Assembly (NCBI GenBank): GCA_964016885.1
Contig: OZ024742.1
Span: 174,282,001 to 174,346,000, forward strand
Length of the DNA stretch: 64,000 nucleotides
Direction of reading: 5' to 3'
Source: Eledone cirrhosa
Taxonomy: Eukaryota
The notes beneath the pieces are model-generated. The model saw only the letters and a list, made by a program, of their open reading frames with translations. It ran no database searches and was not told the origin of the DNA. Made by a program: the position numbers and the translations under genes. Numbering within the stretch: the first letter of the stretch is position 1; every line of letters begins with the position of its first letter. Shown one piece after another: positions 31,353 to 42,302 of this stretch.

Positions 31353-31448
31353 AATACTAAGTATACTTGAATATAAACTGATCTGAATATAAGCCGACCC
31401 AATTTTATGCCTGAGAAAGGAGCAAAACACCAAAGACTGAGTTTAAGG
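31353..31448 (+). mobile_element. Possible Tc1/mariner-pogo (Tc2-like) terminal repeat remnant
   Basis: TATACTTGAATATAAACTGATCTGAATATAAGCCGAC resembles TATACTCGAGTATAAGCCGA subterminal repeats; no partner end seen. Confidence 0.35.
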
Positions 31449-32029
31449 AGATTCAATATTCAGATTTCAGTTTTGAAATTCTCATGAGTGATAAATATAT
31501 ATTTATGAAGTTTTAATATTTTGATATTTAAAATGTTTTAAGTGTCATTTAGAGTATAGTTTGTGTTTCACAACTCCATTGTGTAATGACTTTTTACCAG
31601 CTTCCAACTATTTTAAGCGCTATATTCATTAAAAACACATAAAGAATATAGCGAAAAGAAATTTTACTTCCCAAGTGAAACTAGTGTAATATTCACCTCA
31701 AAAGTGAAAATATTTTAACACTTTATTTACATACAATTTTAAGTTGGTGAAAATTGGCAACATATTGACTGTGAATATAATCTCCCATTTTACCATCAAC
31801 ATTTTGCCATATATATCTTGGGTTATATAAGAGTATATATGGTAATTAATAATTTTAGTTAATACCTTGAAATTCTTCATTAATTAATTGATAGTGAATG
31901 TACTTGAAGAGATTTCCTAAAATTACTAATTAGTCCATTATTCTAATGGTGTTTGTAACATAATCTAACAAACAGTTCATATATCAAATTATATTGGAAA
32001 ATTTTAATAAGACTATATTATATTATTTA

Positions 32030-32255
32030 TGCTTTGACGTATAGAGTTACGGCCCTTTCCATTCTGAGTTCAAATCCCGCCGAGGTCAACTTTGCCTTTC
32101 ATCCTTATTGAGTCGATAAAATAAAGTACCAGTAATGTACTAGGTAATTGCTGGCCTTGTGCCAAAAGTAGCAATAATTATATTATATTATTTATGGCGG
32201 TGGATTGGCAGTATTGATAGAGGGTCGGACGCCATGCTTTGACGCATAGAGTTAT
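32030..32255 (+). mobile_element. SINE family B body followed by a second isolated head
   Basis: GAGTTCAAATCCCGCCGAGGTCAACTTTGCCTTTCATCC at ~32067; head GGCGGTGGATTGGCAG at ~32196. Confidence 0.85.
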
Positions 32256-32807
32256 TTATGTTCATGCATAGAACAAAAGTGGTACCCAAGGTTTCATGGT
32301 CAGAATTTGAAAATATCTCCAAAATACAAGCGGCATCAACTTAGTGACCTTTCTTCAAGTGCTTATACACATTTATAAGATACTGCTAAAAGTAGAGTTT
32401 CCTAAAAATGCAAGTTTACAAAATAAAAAATAAAAAAATACACGTACTATATCATAACTCCAAGATGTAAATTTGAAATTTGAGATCGATGTTAAAAGGT
32501 ATTTAAATATTGCATAACATAATTTTAAAAATGTATTTAAAATATCTAAATGCAGAAAGTAATAAAGAAAAGAATATAAAAATGTTTTCCAGAATAATTA
32601 TGAAACATTTACAGAACTTCAGTATATACAATGATTTTAGTCTCCATTGATTATCGGTTTGGCTAACTCCAAGTGACCCTCTCCCATCCCACCTCTCTTA
32701 TTCACCCTGAAGAACACCCCACCCCCTATTCACTTTTTGGAAAAGAAAGAAATATAATAAAGAAAGAAAATAATAAAATGATGTTTTCTCCGAAAATGAG
32801 AAAATAT

Positions 32808-33240
32808 TTACAAAACTTCAGTATATACTATGTTTTAACTTCTTTCTTTGGAGCATATATGAAGAGTTTGTGGGTTATTTCATGTCTGGATCAATCCACA
32901 TACCATTGACCATGTTAGAAACATCGCTCTCCTAGATGGAGACCACAACCGGCAGGGTTTGACTTTAGACTGTGTTAATGTTCATTGTTTAACTGACTCT
33001 AACTGGTAATTGCTATCATTTGAAACGAAAGGGGACATATTTTGGTATTACGGGTATTCTAGCCATAAATACGATGTCTCCTATATCACATCAAGTGAGA
33101 AGTTTGACTTCGATAATGTTAGGCTGTATTTCAGTTACAGCCATACACGTCCCATTGCAAAATCTTGACTGATCCAAATTTCTGAGAAGCATGATGACTG
33201 AGGCCTTCACCAATTCATGGTTGTGTGGCAGCATACTGGA
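32808..33240 (-). mobile_element. Helitron PIF1-like helicase C-terminal remnant (pseudogenised)
   Basis: Manual minus-strand translation: IMLLRNLDQSRFCNGT...IVFMARIPVIPKYVPFRFK**QLPVRVS*TMNINTV*SQTL...NIVYTEVL*, matching Helitron RepHel motifs (LLRNL..LCNGT, RIP, QFPV, TINKSQGQTL, NIVY.EVL). Confidence 0.85.
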
Positions 33241-33269
33241 TTGTTTTGACTATGCTAATTAACAGGTGT

Positions 33270-33520
33270 ACATTTAAACTGTAGAGGCTAGTGTGTCAAC
33301 TTGTATATGGCAGCTTTCAAATCGATCCTCCAACAAGCCAATATCGTCTGCATATTTAAAGTCACCTCTTTAATAGCTGCCTCTATTTCAGCCTCATTGT
33401 TAATGTTGAAATCATATTCAACAGGGAGAATTTCTCTAATTGGTATGACTGGTGGTGCATTTAGGAGATTTGAAAAATATATATTCTGTTTTCAACTCTA
33501 TTCTCTGTGATGCAATGTTA
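33270..33520 (-). mobile_element. Heavily deleted LINE RT remnant
   Basis: Minus frames give FSNLLNAPP...EIEAAIK joined to DFKYADDIGLL. Confidence 0.5.
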
Positions 33521-34160
33521 GAGTTGCTGATAATTAGATCTAGCCTGTTAAGTGCAAACTATAAAATAAATTCAAACACTCATATATGAAAAAACAACCT
33601 GAGCCCCACCCACCCTTGTTTGAAGAACTTTGTAACGCGAACTGGCGCGAAATTTATTATACTTATTGACCAACCAAGGAAATTACTTCTCTAAAAACCT
33701 GGCGTTTCGAGCCATTTTTTTCCGTATAAAACAAGAAACCTTCAAAGACCAACCAGATGTGAGAAAAATCACAGACCCTCCATCTCAACTCTACTTTTGA
33801 AAAGCAGAAGAACTGCGAAACCGGTAAAGGAACCAAATAAATATATATATATATTTTTTAAAATAAGACTCCAGTTGCATTTTCGATTTCATCATTTTTT
33901 CTTTATACTTTCATTCGTGTAGGACACCTCGGTTATTTTTCATTTTGTAAAAAAACCTCACTTTCTAATATATATATATATATATATAAACAAAATTCAT
34001 AGGCACACACACACAAACATTATAAGTCTCACAGACAAACATGTGTACACACACAGGCAGACAGAAGCATTAATGTGCAGGTCACATTAGTTGATAACAC
34101 AAGGAAAACTTTAATTATTATCATTTTTATTTAGAGTTACTAATGGTCATAAACAAGTGA

Positions 34161-35080
34161 TATTTATGACCTATGGGGAAGTGTCTATCTAAGATCTAAA
34201 AATGTATTACCTACATTAATTTTAACGTTGAGTTCCCCTACACACCTTTTCACTCAACGTTAAAACTAATGTAGGTAAAGATTGTTAGCTCTCTTAGATA
34301 GACACTTCCCCATAGGTCATAAATACCACTCCATACTCTGATGCTAACAATATGATGGACCACATCACCAACAACTCTAAGATCAGAAACCCACCATGAT
34401 GCTCTTGCCAAAGGCCACAAGCTTTTCCCCTTCAACAACAATGTAACACACCCGCTATAATTTACGAAGCTGTGGTCACTTCTAACCGACCAAATCAGCA
34501 AGAGGTCAAATGCTATGTAGGTATGATGGAAGGCTTGTTTAAAGATCGCTTCCTGAATCATCTGTCGACATTCAGATACCCAGACAAACGATCGTCCATG
34601 AAGCGCGTGAGCTGCATATGGTTCCTCAAGGATGCAGGTGAGGATTATTCTAATGGAAAGTTATTACTAAGTCTAAGCCATACGGAAATGGGAATCCATC
34701 TTGTGGGCTGTGTATTAAAGGAAGTATCAATATCCCGAGGAGATTGAGTAATAGCGCTTGTCTAAATTCAAGGAATGAGTTTTTTTGCGTTGTCCGTACG
34801 TTTGGAAACACCTATTACGTAATTACAACGCTCCAGACTGACTATTATATTCTGGATTGAATAACATGAATTATCTATTATCATTCTGGGTTACCACAGT
34901 CGTCTCCCTAGCACAGATCTGCTATGGGTTAATCCCCTTCGGGAAGTGACATCTTCTGCACTTGCGTATTCATACAATTGTTTTCCTTTTTCCAAAACAA
35001 TCTCACTTAAACTGAGCTGATGATCCAACTAAGGTGAAACAAGTGTTCTCGGAAAGGGTGAATTAACTGTTGTGGAACTA

Positions 35081-35083
<3 letters not shown>
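34161..35083 (+). mobile_element. 5'-truncated Penelope-like element: linker, GIY-YIG endonuclease remnant, 3' UTR with hammerhead
   Basis: PFSLNVKTNVGK..LDRHFP linker; ORF 34472-34747 CYVGMMEGLFKDRFLNH; CGLC motif near 34702; ends at a (TA)n tract. Confidence 0.85.
35012..35052 (+). ncRNA. Minimal type I hammerhead ribozyme (PLE-associated)
   Basis: CTGAG-CTGATGA-tCCaactaaGGt-GAAAC-aagt-GTT-CTCGG; stem I CUGAG/CUCGG pairs fully with one G-U. Confidence 0.7.

Positions 35084-35140
<57 letters not shown>
35084..35140. repeat. (TA)n microsatellite
   Basis: Direct. Confidence 0.95.
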
Positions 35141-35146
<6 letters not shown>

Positions 35147-35783
35147 CATATTCCATTTCTACAAGTACTAAGTGTTGCTGTCGATGTTTAATCCCATTTT
35201 ACATATTTGATTTGTTTTCTCTGTATTTGTTTATCCATACATTCCTGCCTTATATATTATAAATCATTTAAATTTATTGATTCTGTTTTCTTCATTGTCC
35301 CATCAAACAACAAATCTATTCATTTTTAAAATGAAAAAAAAAATATCGGCAGGGTGAGTATAGTGTGAAAATAATTATTTATACAAAAACAATTTGCGAA
35401 AAACAAATAATTTTATTGGGATTTCATTGCAACAGCATAATTTCATGGTATTTCACATAATTCAAAGCTGTTTTCTAATCTCACAGCAGCTATACATGTC
35501 ATGTTTACATATGAGAGGGCAATTTCAGCAAATATTTATCTATTAAGTGTAAAACTAGACATGATTCAATTTCGCTTGAACAAATCAATTATATTAATGC
35601 AGCAGTTAATCCAAGAGGTTTATTCAAATTTTAAGTATCTAGCATTGTTTCTCTCACACTTCTAATATATAGTCTCCATCTAGTTATATCTATCTATAAC
35701 TCATCTCTCTCACACCCCTTTTCACTCTATGTCATTTTTATTCCCTTTTTATGTCTTGTTCTCTCTATCTCTCTCTCACTTAA

Positions 35784-35900
<117 letters not shown>

Positions 35901-35953
35901 ATTGAAAAAATGGAGAAGAACATGTTCAACAGTACAAAAAAGGAGATTTATTT

Positions 35954-36064
35954 ACAGTCTAACAATTGTTTCACTGATAGAGTTGTCTAAAAATTGCTAC
36001 ACACTTAAAGTAGTGCCACTCAATTTAAAATACATGTTGGCCCCATCATATCTTCAGAAACTGT
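35954..36064 (-). ncRNA. Type I hammerhead ribozyme with expanded stem II (3' pLTR, sense to the ORF)
   Basis: Minus strand ACAGTTT-CTGAAGA-78 nt-GAAAC-AATT-GTT-AGACTGT; 7-bp stem I. Confidence 0.72.
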
Positions 36065-36200
36065 CAACAAATATAAATATATGCGTAACCGGCAAATTTA
36101 CAAATTTAAATTACAACATCAATAATAATAATATTAATAATAAAGAAAAAGGAAGGGAGATAGATATAGTAAAGAAAGAAAGGAAGGGAAGAAGAAAGAC

Positions 36201-36316
36201 GAAGAAAGAAGAAGAAGAAGAAGAAGAAGAAGAAGAAGAAGAAGAAGAAGAAGAAGAAGAAGAAGAAGAAGAAGAAGAAGAAGAAGAAGAAGAAGAAGAA
36301 GAAGAAGAAGAAGAAG
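36201..36316. repeat. (GAA)n microsatellite inside the PLE 3' UTR
   Basis: Direct. Confidence 0.95.
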
Positions 36317-36599
36317 ATTATTACTGCTAAAAATAAGATGTATAGAATATGATAGAAAAACACTAGCGATAGCGTAGGATAGAGAGAAGAATGAGGAGGG
36401 ACAAACAGCCGAGTATGATAGACAAACACAAGTAGAAACAGGATAGAGAGAAGAAGGTAGAGGGGCAAATAGATGAATAAACGTTAATACATGAATAAAT
36501 GTAAGTAAAAATAAAGATAGATATATAGAAATATATGAGGAAATAACTGAAAAAATATATAAAAAATATATAAAAAAAATTGATAGATAAATAAATAAG

Positions 36600-36634
<35 letters not shown>

Positions 36635-37082
36635 ATAGATAAATAAATAAATACATTACATCTAATGTAATATAAAATGGTATAATATGTGAAAAGTGAA
36701 GATGAATATATATAAATAAATGTGTAAAAAAGTACGAAGAATATTTAAACATGTTAAGATTATTGAGAATAGTTTTTGATAATTGTTAAATATATGGATA
36801 AATATTAAGTTGAAAATATGATAATGTTAAATCTATTTATATGTGTATTGGTTATTTTAATAAGTAAATTAACTAGTTTTAAGTTATATTATATGAGAAG
36901 ATAAAATGACCGAGATGAAATAAGTTTAGGGAGAGAAATGCAAAAATAGAGAGTGAAAGATAGGAATATATAAAATAAGAATGTAAATATAAGAGGTTTT
37001 GATGCTGTTCTTTGGTAATTATAATGGTGAAGAAGCTGCTGATAATGTGATATCATAGTAGATACAAATGGTACAAACAGGG

Positions 37083-37550
37083 TTATGGAATTGATAAGAT
37101 GGAATTAAGTTGGTCTAAAGTTCTCGAATTTCGTTGCTGATTTATGTCGACAAAAATAATTCGTTCAATTTTACCGTTAAGAAGAATTTTGTTGAAATTT
37201 AGAATTTGGAAAAGTTCCATATTACAGAGACTGCAGGGGGACATACCAATTTGATAGGCCCTTGCTTTTGATAGTTTTGTCCAGCTGATTTCATATTCTA
37301 TGTTTGCATTCTTGAGTTGCCAGATTTTATTGGCGAGAGTTGTTGTATTCGAGAGATTCGTGTTAGTCATAGAATGTCTGTATACATACCAGCTTTTATT
37401 AAATTCACCAGCTGTGGAACCAATGTAATACCATGCCAAGCAACCTGAATTTATAGTACATAGGTATACTATATTTGTCTCTAGGCATCTGTTTTGTAAA
37501 GGACATTTGTCAGGTAGATGGCAGTTACATTTAGATGCTTTTCTATGCAC
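37083..37550 (-). pseudogene. GIY-YIG endonuclease domain of the Penelope-like element
   Basis: CNCHLPDKCPLQNRCLETNIVYLC...YYIGST...CSLCNME. Confidence 0.88.
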
Positions 37551-38115
37551 CGGTTCTACTATATGGTTTTGTAGGTTGCTATGTATGGACTGTGAATTGG
37601 GTTTGTTGATGTATTGTGGTGGTGTGCTCTGGTGTGTGTTTCGTTGCGATGATGTTATATGCTTATGTTTTGTATTTGGTGTTATGGTACTTATTTGCGG
37701 GCTACTTGAATTATAAATTCTTTTCTAGTTAATTTTATGAATGTGCGATTCTATGTTGTTAGCAGTGGAGTATGATAGTTTGATAGTTTTTCTATTAAAG
37801 ATTTTATGATATTTATGAATTTTAGGGAAGTGTTTGTCAACTAATTTGAAGTTTAGTTTTTATTGAGGAGTTAAACATTGGATTAAACCATAAGTAGTTT
37901 CTATTTCTGCATCTTCTATGGTTATTAGTGGTTTTTATATTAGCATTCTGTTCATTTAAATTACGTGTTTGTTGCCAGTTTCTATGTTTAGTCCTAGGTT
38001 TGTTGTTTCTATAGGTGTGGATAGTGTTATTGATATTAATTGTGTTGCTATTTTTTGTATCTGGTATGTATTTGAGTCGCTCTCTATGGCCTGCCTTAAG
38101 TAAAGCTATGTTATA

Positions 38116-39399
38116 TTAGTTAGCATGTTCGTTAAACATTTCTAAGTTAGAAGATAGGCGCGAGATTCTAAGGGATATACTATGTACTATGGAGTTAATT
38201 ATGGATCTAGAGTGATTAGAGTTATAATCAATGTAAGCTAAATTTTCATTATTCTTATAGAAGGTTTCTATTAGTCCTGAGTTAAGGTTGAACGATACAT
38301 CCAAGAAGTTGACTCTTTTAGAGTTGGGTTCAAAAGTAATGCTAAGGCCTAAATCATTAAAGAATTTTCTAATCTTTTTCCTTAATCTTTCTAAGTTTTT
38401 ATTATTTAAGTTTCTAGCTAAAAGTAGTGTATCGTTTCTATAGATTCCTCCTTGTAGGTTATCAAATTCTCTATGTAAGAAATGTGCTATATAAATTCCA
38501 ACCAAGTCTGTGATTTGGGCTGAATCATTTGATCCCTTAATTATATCGAAGTTATTCCGTCTATATTTACGCTCCCTGTAGCTAATGTCGAATTTAATTA
38601 TTGTTCTTCTAGCAGCTAGTATTATTTTAATTTCATCTGGTGAAAGATCAGAGTTGTTTTTGTGCAAAGGATAGTGCCTTATTTAAGGTGACTGGGGAAA
38701 TAGAAAAGTAGTAGTCATTTATGTCAAATTATATAAAGTCGAAAGATTCTCTATTGTCTAATGTATTAAGCCAATCTATTGCTTCATTTGTGTTACCCCA
38801 GAGCTTGATTATTAGTTGTTCTTTAATTTGTGGTATTATTCTTTCCAGCATAGTTACATCTCTTTACGATCTGAGTTCAAATCCCGCCGAGGTTGACTTT
38901 GCCTTTCATCCTTACGGGGTCGATAAAATATAGTACCAGTAATGCACTGGGTAATTGCTGGCCTTGTGCCTAAAGTAGAAACAATAATTCTATCTAGTAT
39001 AAACTTACCAATTCTGCCTATATCGGATTTTGATGGAGATATTAATCTAATAGTAGGGTTAGTTTCGAATTTACATTTATGATCCTTCAGAATAAAAGTT
39101 GTTTCACAAGGGGTTAGAGGTTCGGTTCTATCGGATATTTTAAGTTTTGTTACCATGTTAAGACCTTCCTTGTTAATGCTACTGAATGCATACACTGTAG
39201 TTTTCTTGTATTTTTTATGTAATTCCCGGCGTATAAAATTGTTGTATGTATTAAGGCTCATGGTGTATACATTAGATGTTTTGTCTGCCTTTACTATACC
39301 ATTGGTGGTACATATTTGTTTAATTAGTGCATTGATGTTATTTTGCAGTTTGTTATGATGTGTTCGTTTTTTGAATTTAATTTCTTTTATCATGTTCAT
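38116..39399 (-). pseudogene. Penelope-type reverse transcriptase, frameshifted and SINE-interrupted
   Basis: KADK, RLISP, YRND (degenerate YRDD), FLDV motifs. Confidence 0.88.
38842..38985 (+). mobile_element. SINE family B inserted into the PLE RT
   Basis: GAGTTCAAATCCCGCCGAGGTTGACTTTGCCTTTCATCCTTACGGGGTCGATAAAA interrupts the RT frame. Confidence 0.88.
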
Positions 39400-39652
39400 G
39401 AGGTCAAGTTCAACGGCATCAAGTTGTGGGTTGCTTGGTGGATTTTTGCAGGATCTAAACCCATATTTTTCATTGGCAGATCCGTTATTTCTATCACTAT
39501 TATTATGTCCTTTATCGTAACGATATGATTTCCATCTGATTCTACGGATAAAGTCATTTTTTTTCTCTATATATCTTTATTATTAATATTATTATTGATG
39601 TTGTAATTTAAATTTGTAAATTTGCCGGTTACGCATATATTTATATTTGTTG

Positions 39653-39763
39653 ACAGTTTCTGAAGATATGATGGGGCCAACATGTATTTTAAATTGAGTG
39701 GCACTACTTTAAGTGTTTAGCAATTTTTAGACAACTCTATCAGTGAAACAATTGTTAGACTGT
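39653..39763 (+). ncRNA. Second copy of the expanded-stem-II hammerhead (inverted 5' pLTR)
   Basis: CTGAAGA 39660-39666, GAAAC 39745-39749, GTT 39754-39756, stem I 39653-39659/39757-39763. Confidence 0.72.
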
Positions 39764-39979
39764 AAATAATTCTCCTTTTTTGTACTGTTGACCATGTTAT
39801 TCTCCCTTTTTTCAATTTTATTACTCCAAGATTAACTTACATAGGAATACAAGTGAAATCGCAAATTCGTCATATACGTAAACCTCTTGTTGAGTCATAT
39901 AACGCTGTACGCTAAAACTGTCCATGATAAGAAATATTCACAACCTCTAATTGGATTACCTATAACGATATCTTCTTAT

Positions 39980-39981
<2 letters not shown>

Positions 39982-40062
<81 letters not shown>
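39982..40062. repeat. (TA)n microsatellite
   Basis: Direct. Confidence 0.95.
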
Positions 40063-40066
<4 letters not shown>

Positions 40067-41689
40067 CTGATTAATTATCAAAGCACTGGAAGATTTGAAA
40101 TTTGAAACTGTGGGAATCCTAAATGCAGAAAATATGTGATAATAGTTAACACCTACAAACAATAGATGAGAAAATCAGGTAAAATACCCCTAGTGACAGA
40201 AAAAATGAACAGAGGACACCTACAATGCCTTGGACTCCATATCTCTCGATTATCAAGCAAGCCCATTTCCTTTATGCTACAAGGCCAGTTGCATGGTATT
40301 CAAAAGATAGGGCTTTTCATTCTCTGTAGCTGCTCTATCCACTTTTTATCTGTATTTAGGAATATCTTACCTGATTCTCTCAGCTCTTATACATAGTAGT
40401 CAATTGTTCTTCTTTGCATTTGGGATTCTCACACACACATATCTGCAGCAGCATAATTACCATTTTCTGTCCATTTCAAATGCTGCCATGTTTTGGGCAG
40501 ATGGTGATATTCTGTAATTAGACAAAACAGATGGCCAAATTTTGCTCCTATATTCTATATTAGGCATTGTTTCTCTGACTAGATGGCCTTCCTAATGCCG
40601 ACCATTTGATGAAACTGAAGAAACCTCTCAATTCTTTTTAGCATGTTTACCCTTATTTTCATCTACCAAATTACATTGTGTAATGTGTGCATTTATTTGG
40701 TACCAGCACTAAAACCTTTATGTTGTGAATGCAGGGGCCTCTTACTTATTTTTGGCATGGTTTCTTTGGTTAGAAGCCCTTCCTAACTCGACCACATACA
40801 ATATTCTACAGTTAACTACAATAGTTCCCTACAGAGTAAGAAATAAAAGCAGTCACAATTATTGAGCAAGTGTTTTTCCCATAACTTCAGGTTGACCAAA
40901 TCCTTGCAAATGAAATTGGGTAAACAGAAACTGTTTAGAAGTCCATTGGGTGGACTGTACTTCAAAGGACTAGCCTTGTCAAACATTTTATCATGCTGAA
41001 TCACCCTGAAAATTATATTAGGGGTACAGTGGCCTGTGAAATGTTCTGCAATTTGCATGTTAGTTTCAGGTACATGTAACTCAAGCAACTGTAACGCTAA
41101 CCATAAGGTAATCGAGGTTTGATCCATATGTATGTAGGTAGATTATTATAAATACATATGTGGATATGATTAGAGAAATACAGACTTGAATGTATGTTGC
41201 AAGACTAAAAGATATATATATATATATACATTCCCAAAGAGAAATATCTAGCAAGCTAGATAGATAAACAAGCAAACATTGGGTAGATATATAGCTTAGA
41301 TAGACAGACAGATATATAAATAGATAAATAGAAAGATAGATAGGCTATAACTTAAGAATAGTATAAATCTAGGAAAGCTAGAAGATATAATCATTAATTT
41401 CTAATGAATCGACAATGTATAAGTTCATTAGCAAAGAACAGAAAACAGTGTGTAGATTGTCAACGTCAAAGGGAGACTGTACTTTGATGAAAGGGAGAAA
41501 ATTAACTGCCGATAGCTATTTGTTAAAGACTTTGTTTAACGCTAGTCAAAAAACAGATGATTCTAGCCATGGGGTGCAAATAATATGTGACTGGATTCAA
41601 CTAACAGATTTGTTATCAAGAAGTGAATACAAAATAAGAAAGATAACAGTGCAATGATATTTCTTTGTTATATAACCTCATAAAAATGT

Positions 41690-41927
41690 TTAACTCTTTC
41701 ACTATCATATTTCTAATGATACATATTGTTAGTAATTTTCAAATAATTTTGAAAATAATCAAGAATTTGGAGAGAGTTAACAATATAACTAAATATCTTA
41801 TTATCAATTTGGTGTTTGGAGCATAACTTAAAACTGTTTTATATAAAATTAAGATGGAAGTTTTTAAGAAACAAACAATAATGTATCATAGAACCAGGTT
41901 TAAGAGAGTTTGGTATCAAAAGGGATA
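41690..41927. mobile_element. piggyBac-like MITE (TTAA-CCCTTT...AAAGGG-TTAA type ends)
   Basis: TTAACTCTTTCACTATC...GGTATCAAAAGGGATAA; internal homology to 44745-45660. Confidence 0.55.
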
Positions 41928-42099
41928 AATTAAAGAAAATACTAACAATAATATTATTGATGGTTACATGTTTATGTGAAGAAGATTATAAATGAGGGAA
42001 ATTATATTAAATCTGGCCACAATGAGTGCAACCAGTAAAACAAATAAAAGAAAAGAATATTAAGTTAAATTCTGTTCCAATACCACGAGATATTCTAGC

Positions 42100-42302
42100 C
42101 ATTGCATATCCCAGTTTCCATGGTGTTAGGTGACTGAGAGTACAAGACTCCTTCCTCAATAGGTACTCATTACCATCTGGGTGAACTGGTGTAACGTGAA
42201 ATAAAGTGATTTACTCAAAAACATAACATGCCACCCAGAATCAAACCTGTGATAGTACAATCATAAGTCCAACACCCTAACCACTAGGCTATGCACCTTT
42301 AC
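42100..42302 (-). mobile_element. tRNA-derived SINE family A
   Basis: Homologous to 2400-2892. Confidence 0.7.

Larger units (their letters stand above)
35901..39817 (-). mobile_element. Near full-length decayed Penelope-like retroelement (RT + GIY-YIG) with inverted pseudo-LTRs
   Basis: ORF pieces 38854-39399 (IVKADKTSN, PTIRLISP), 38116-38667 (GIYRNDTL, VNFLDV), 37083-37550 (CNC..CPL, IVY..YIGST, CSLC); 35901-36146 is the reverse complement of ~39574-39817. Confidence 0.93.

Noticed and set aside
33660-33760. Possible minus-strand hammerhead (TTTGAAGG...CGAAACGCC)
   Set aside because: Core is degenerate and the flanks are direct rather than complementary repeats
35902-36468. Poly-Glu / poly-Phe ORFs
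   Set aside because: Translations of a (GAA)n microsatellite in a PLE UTR
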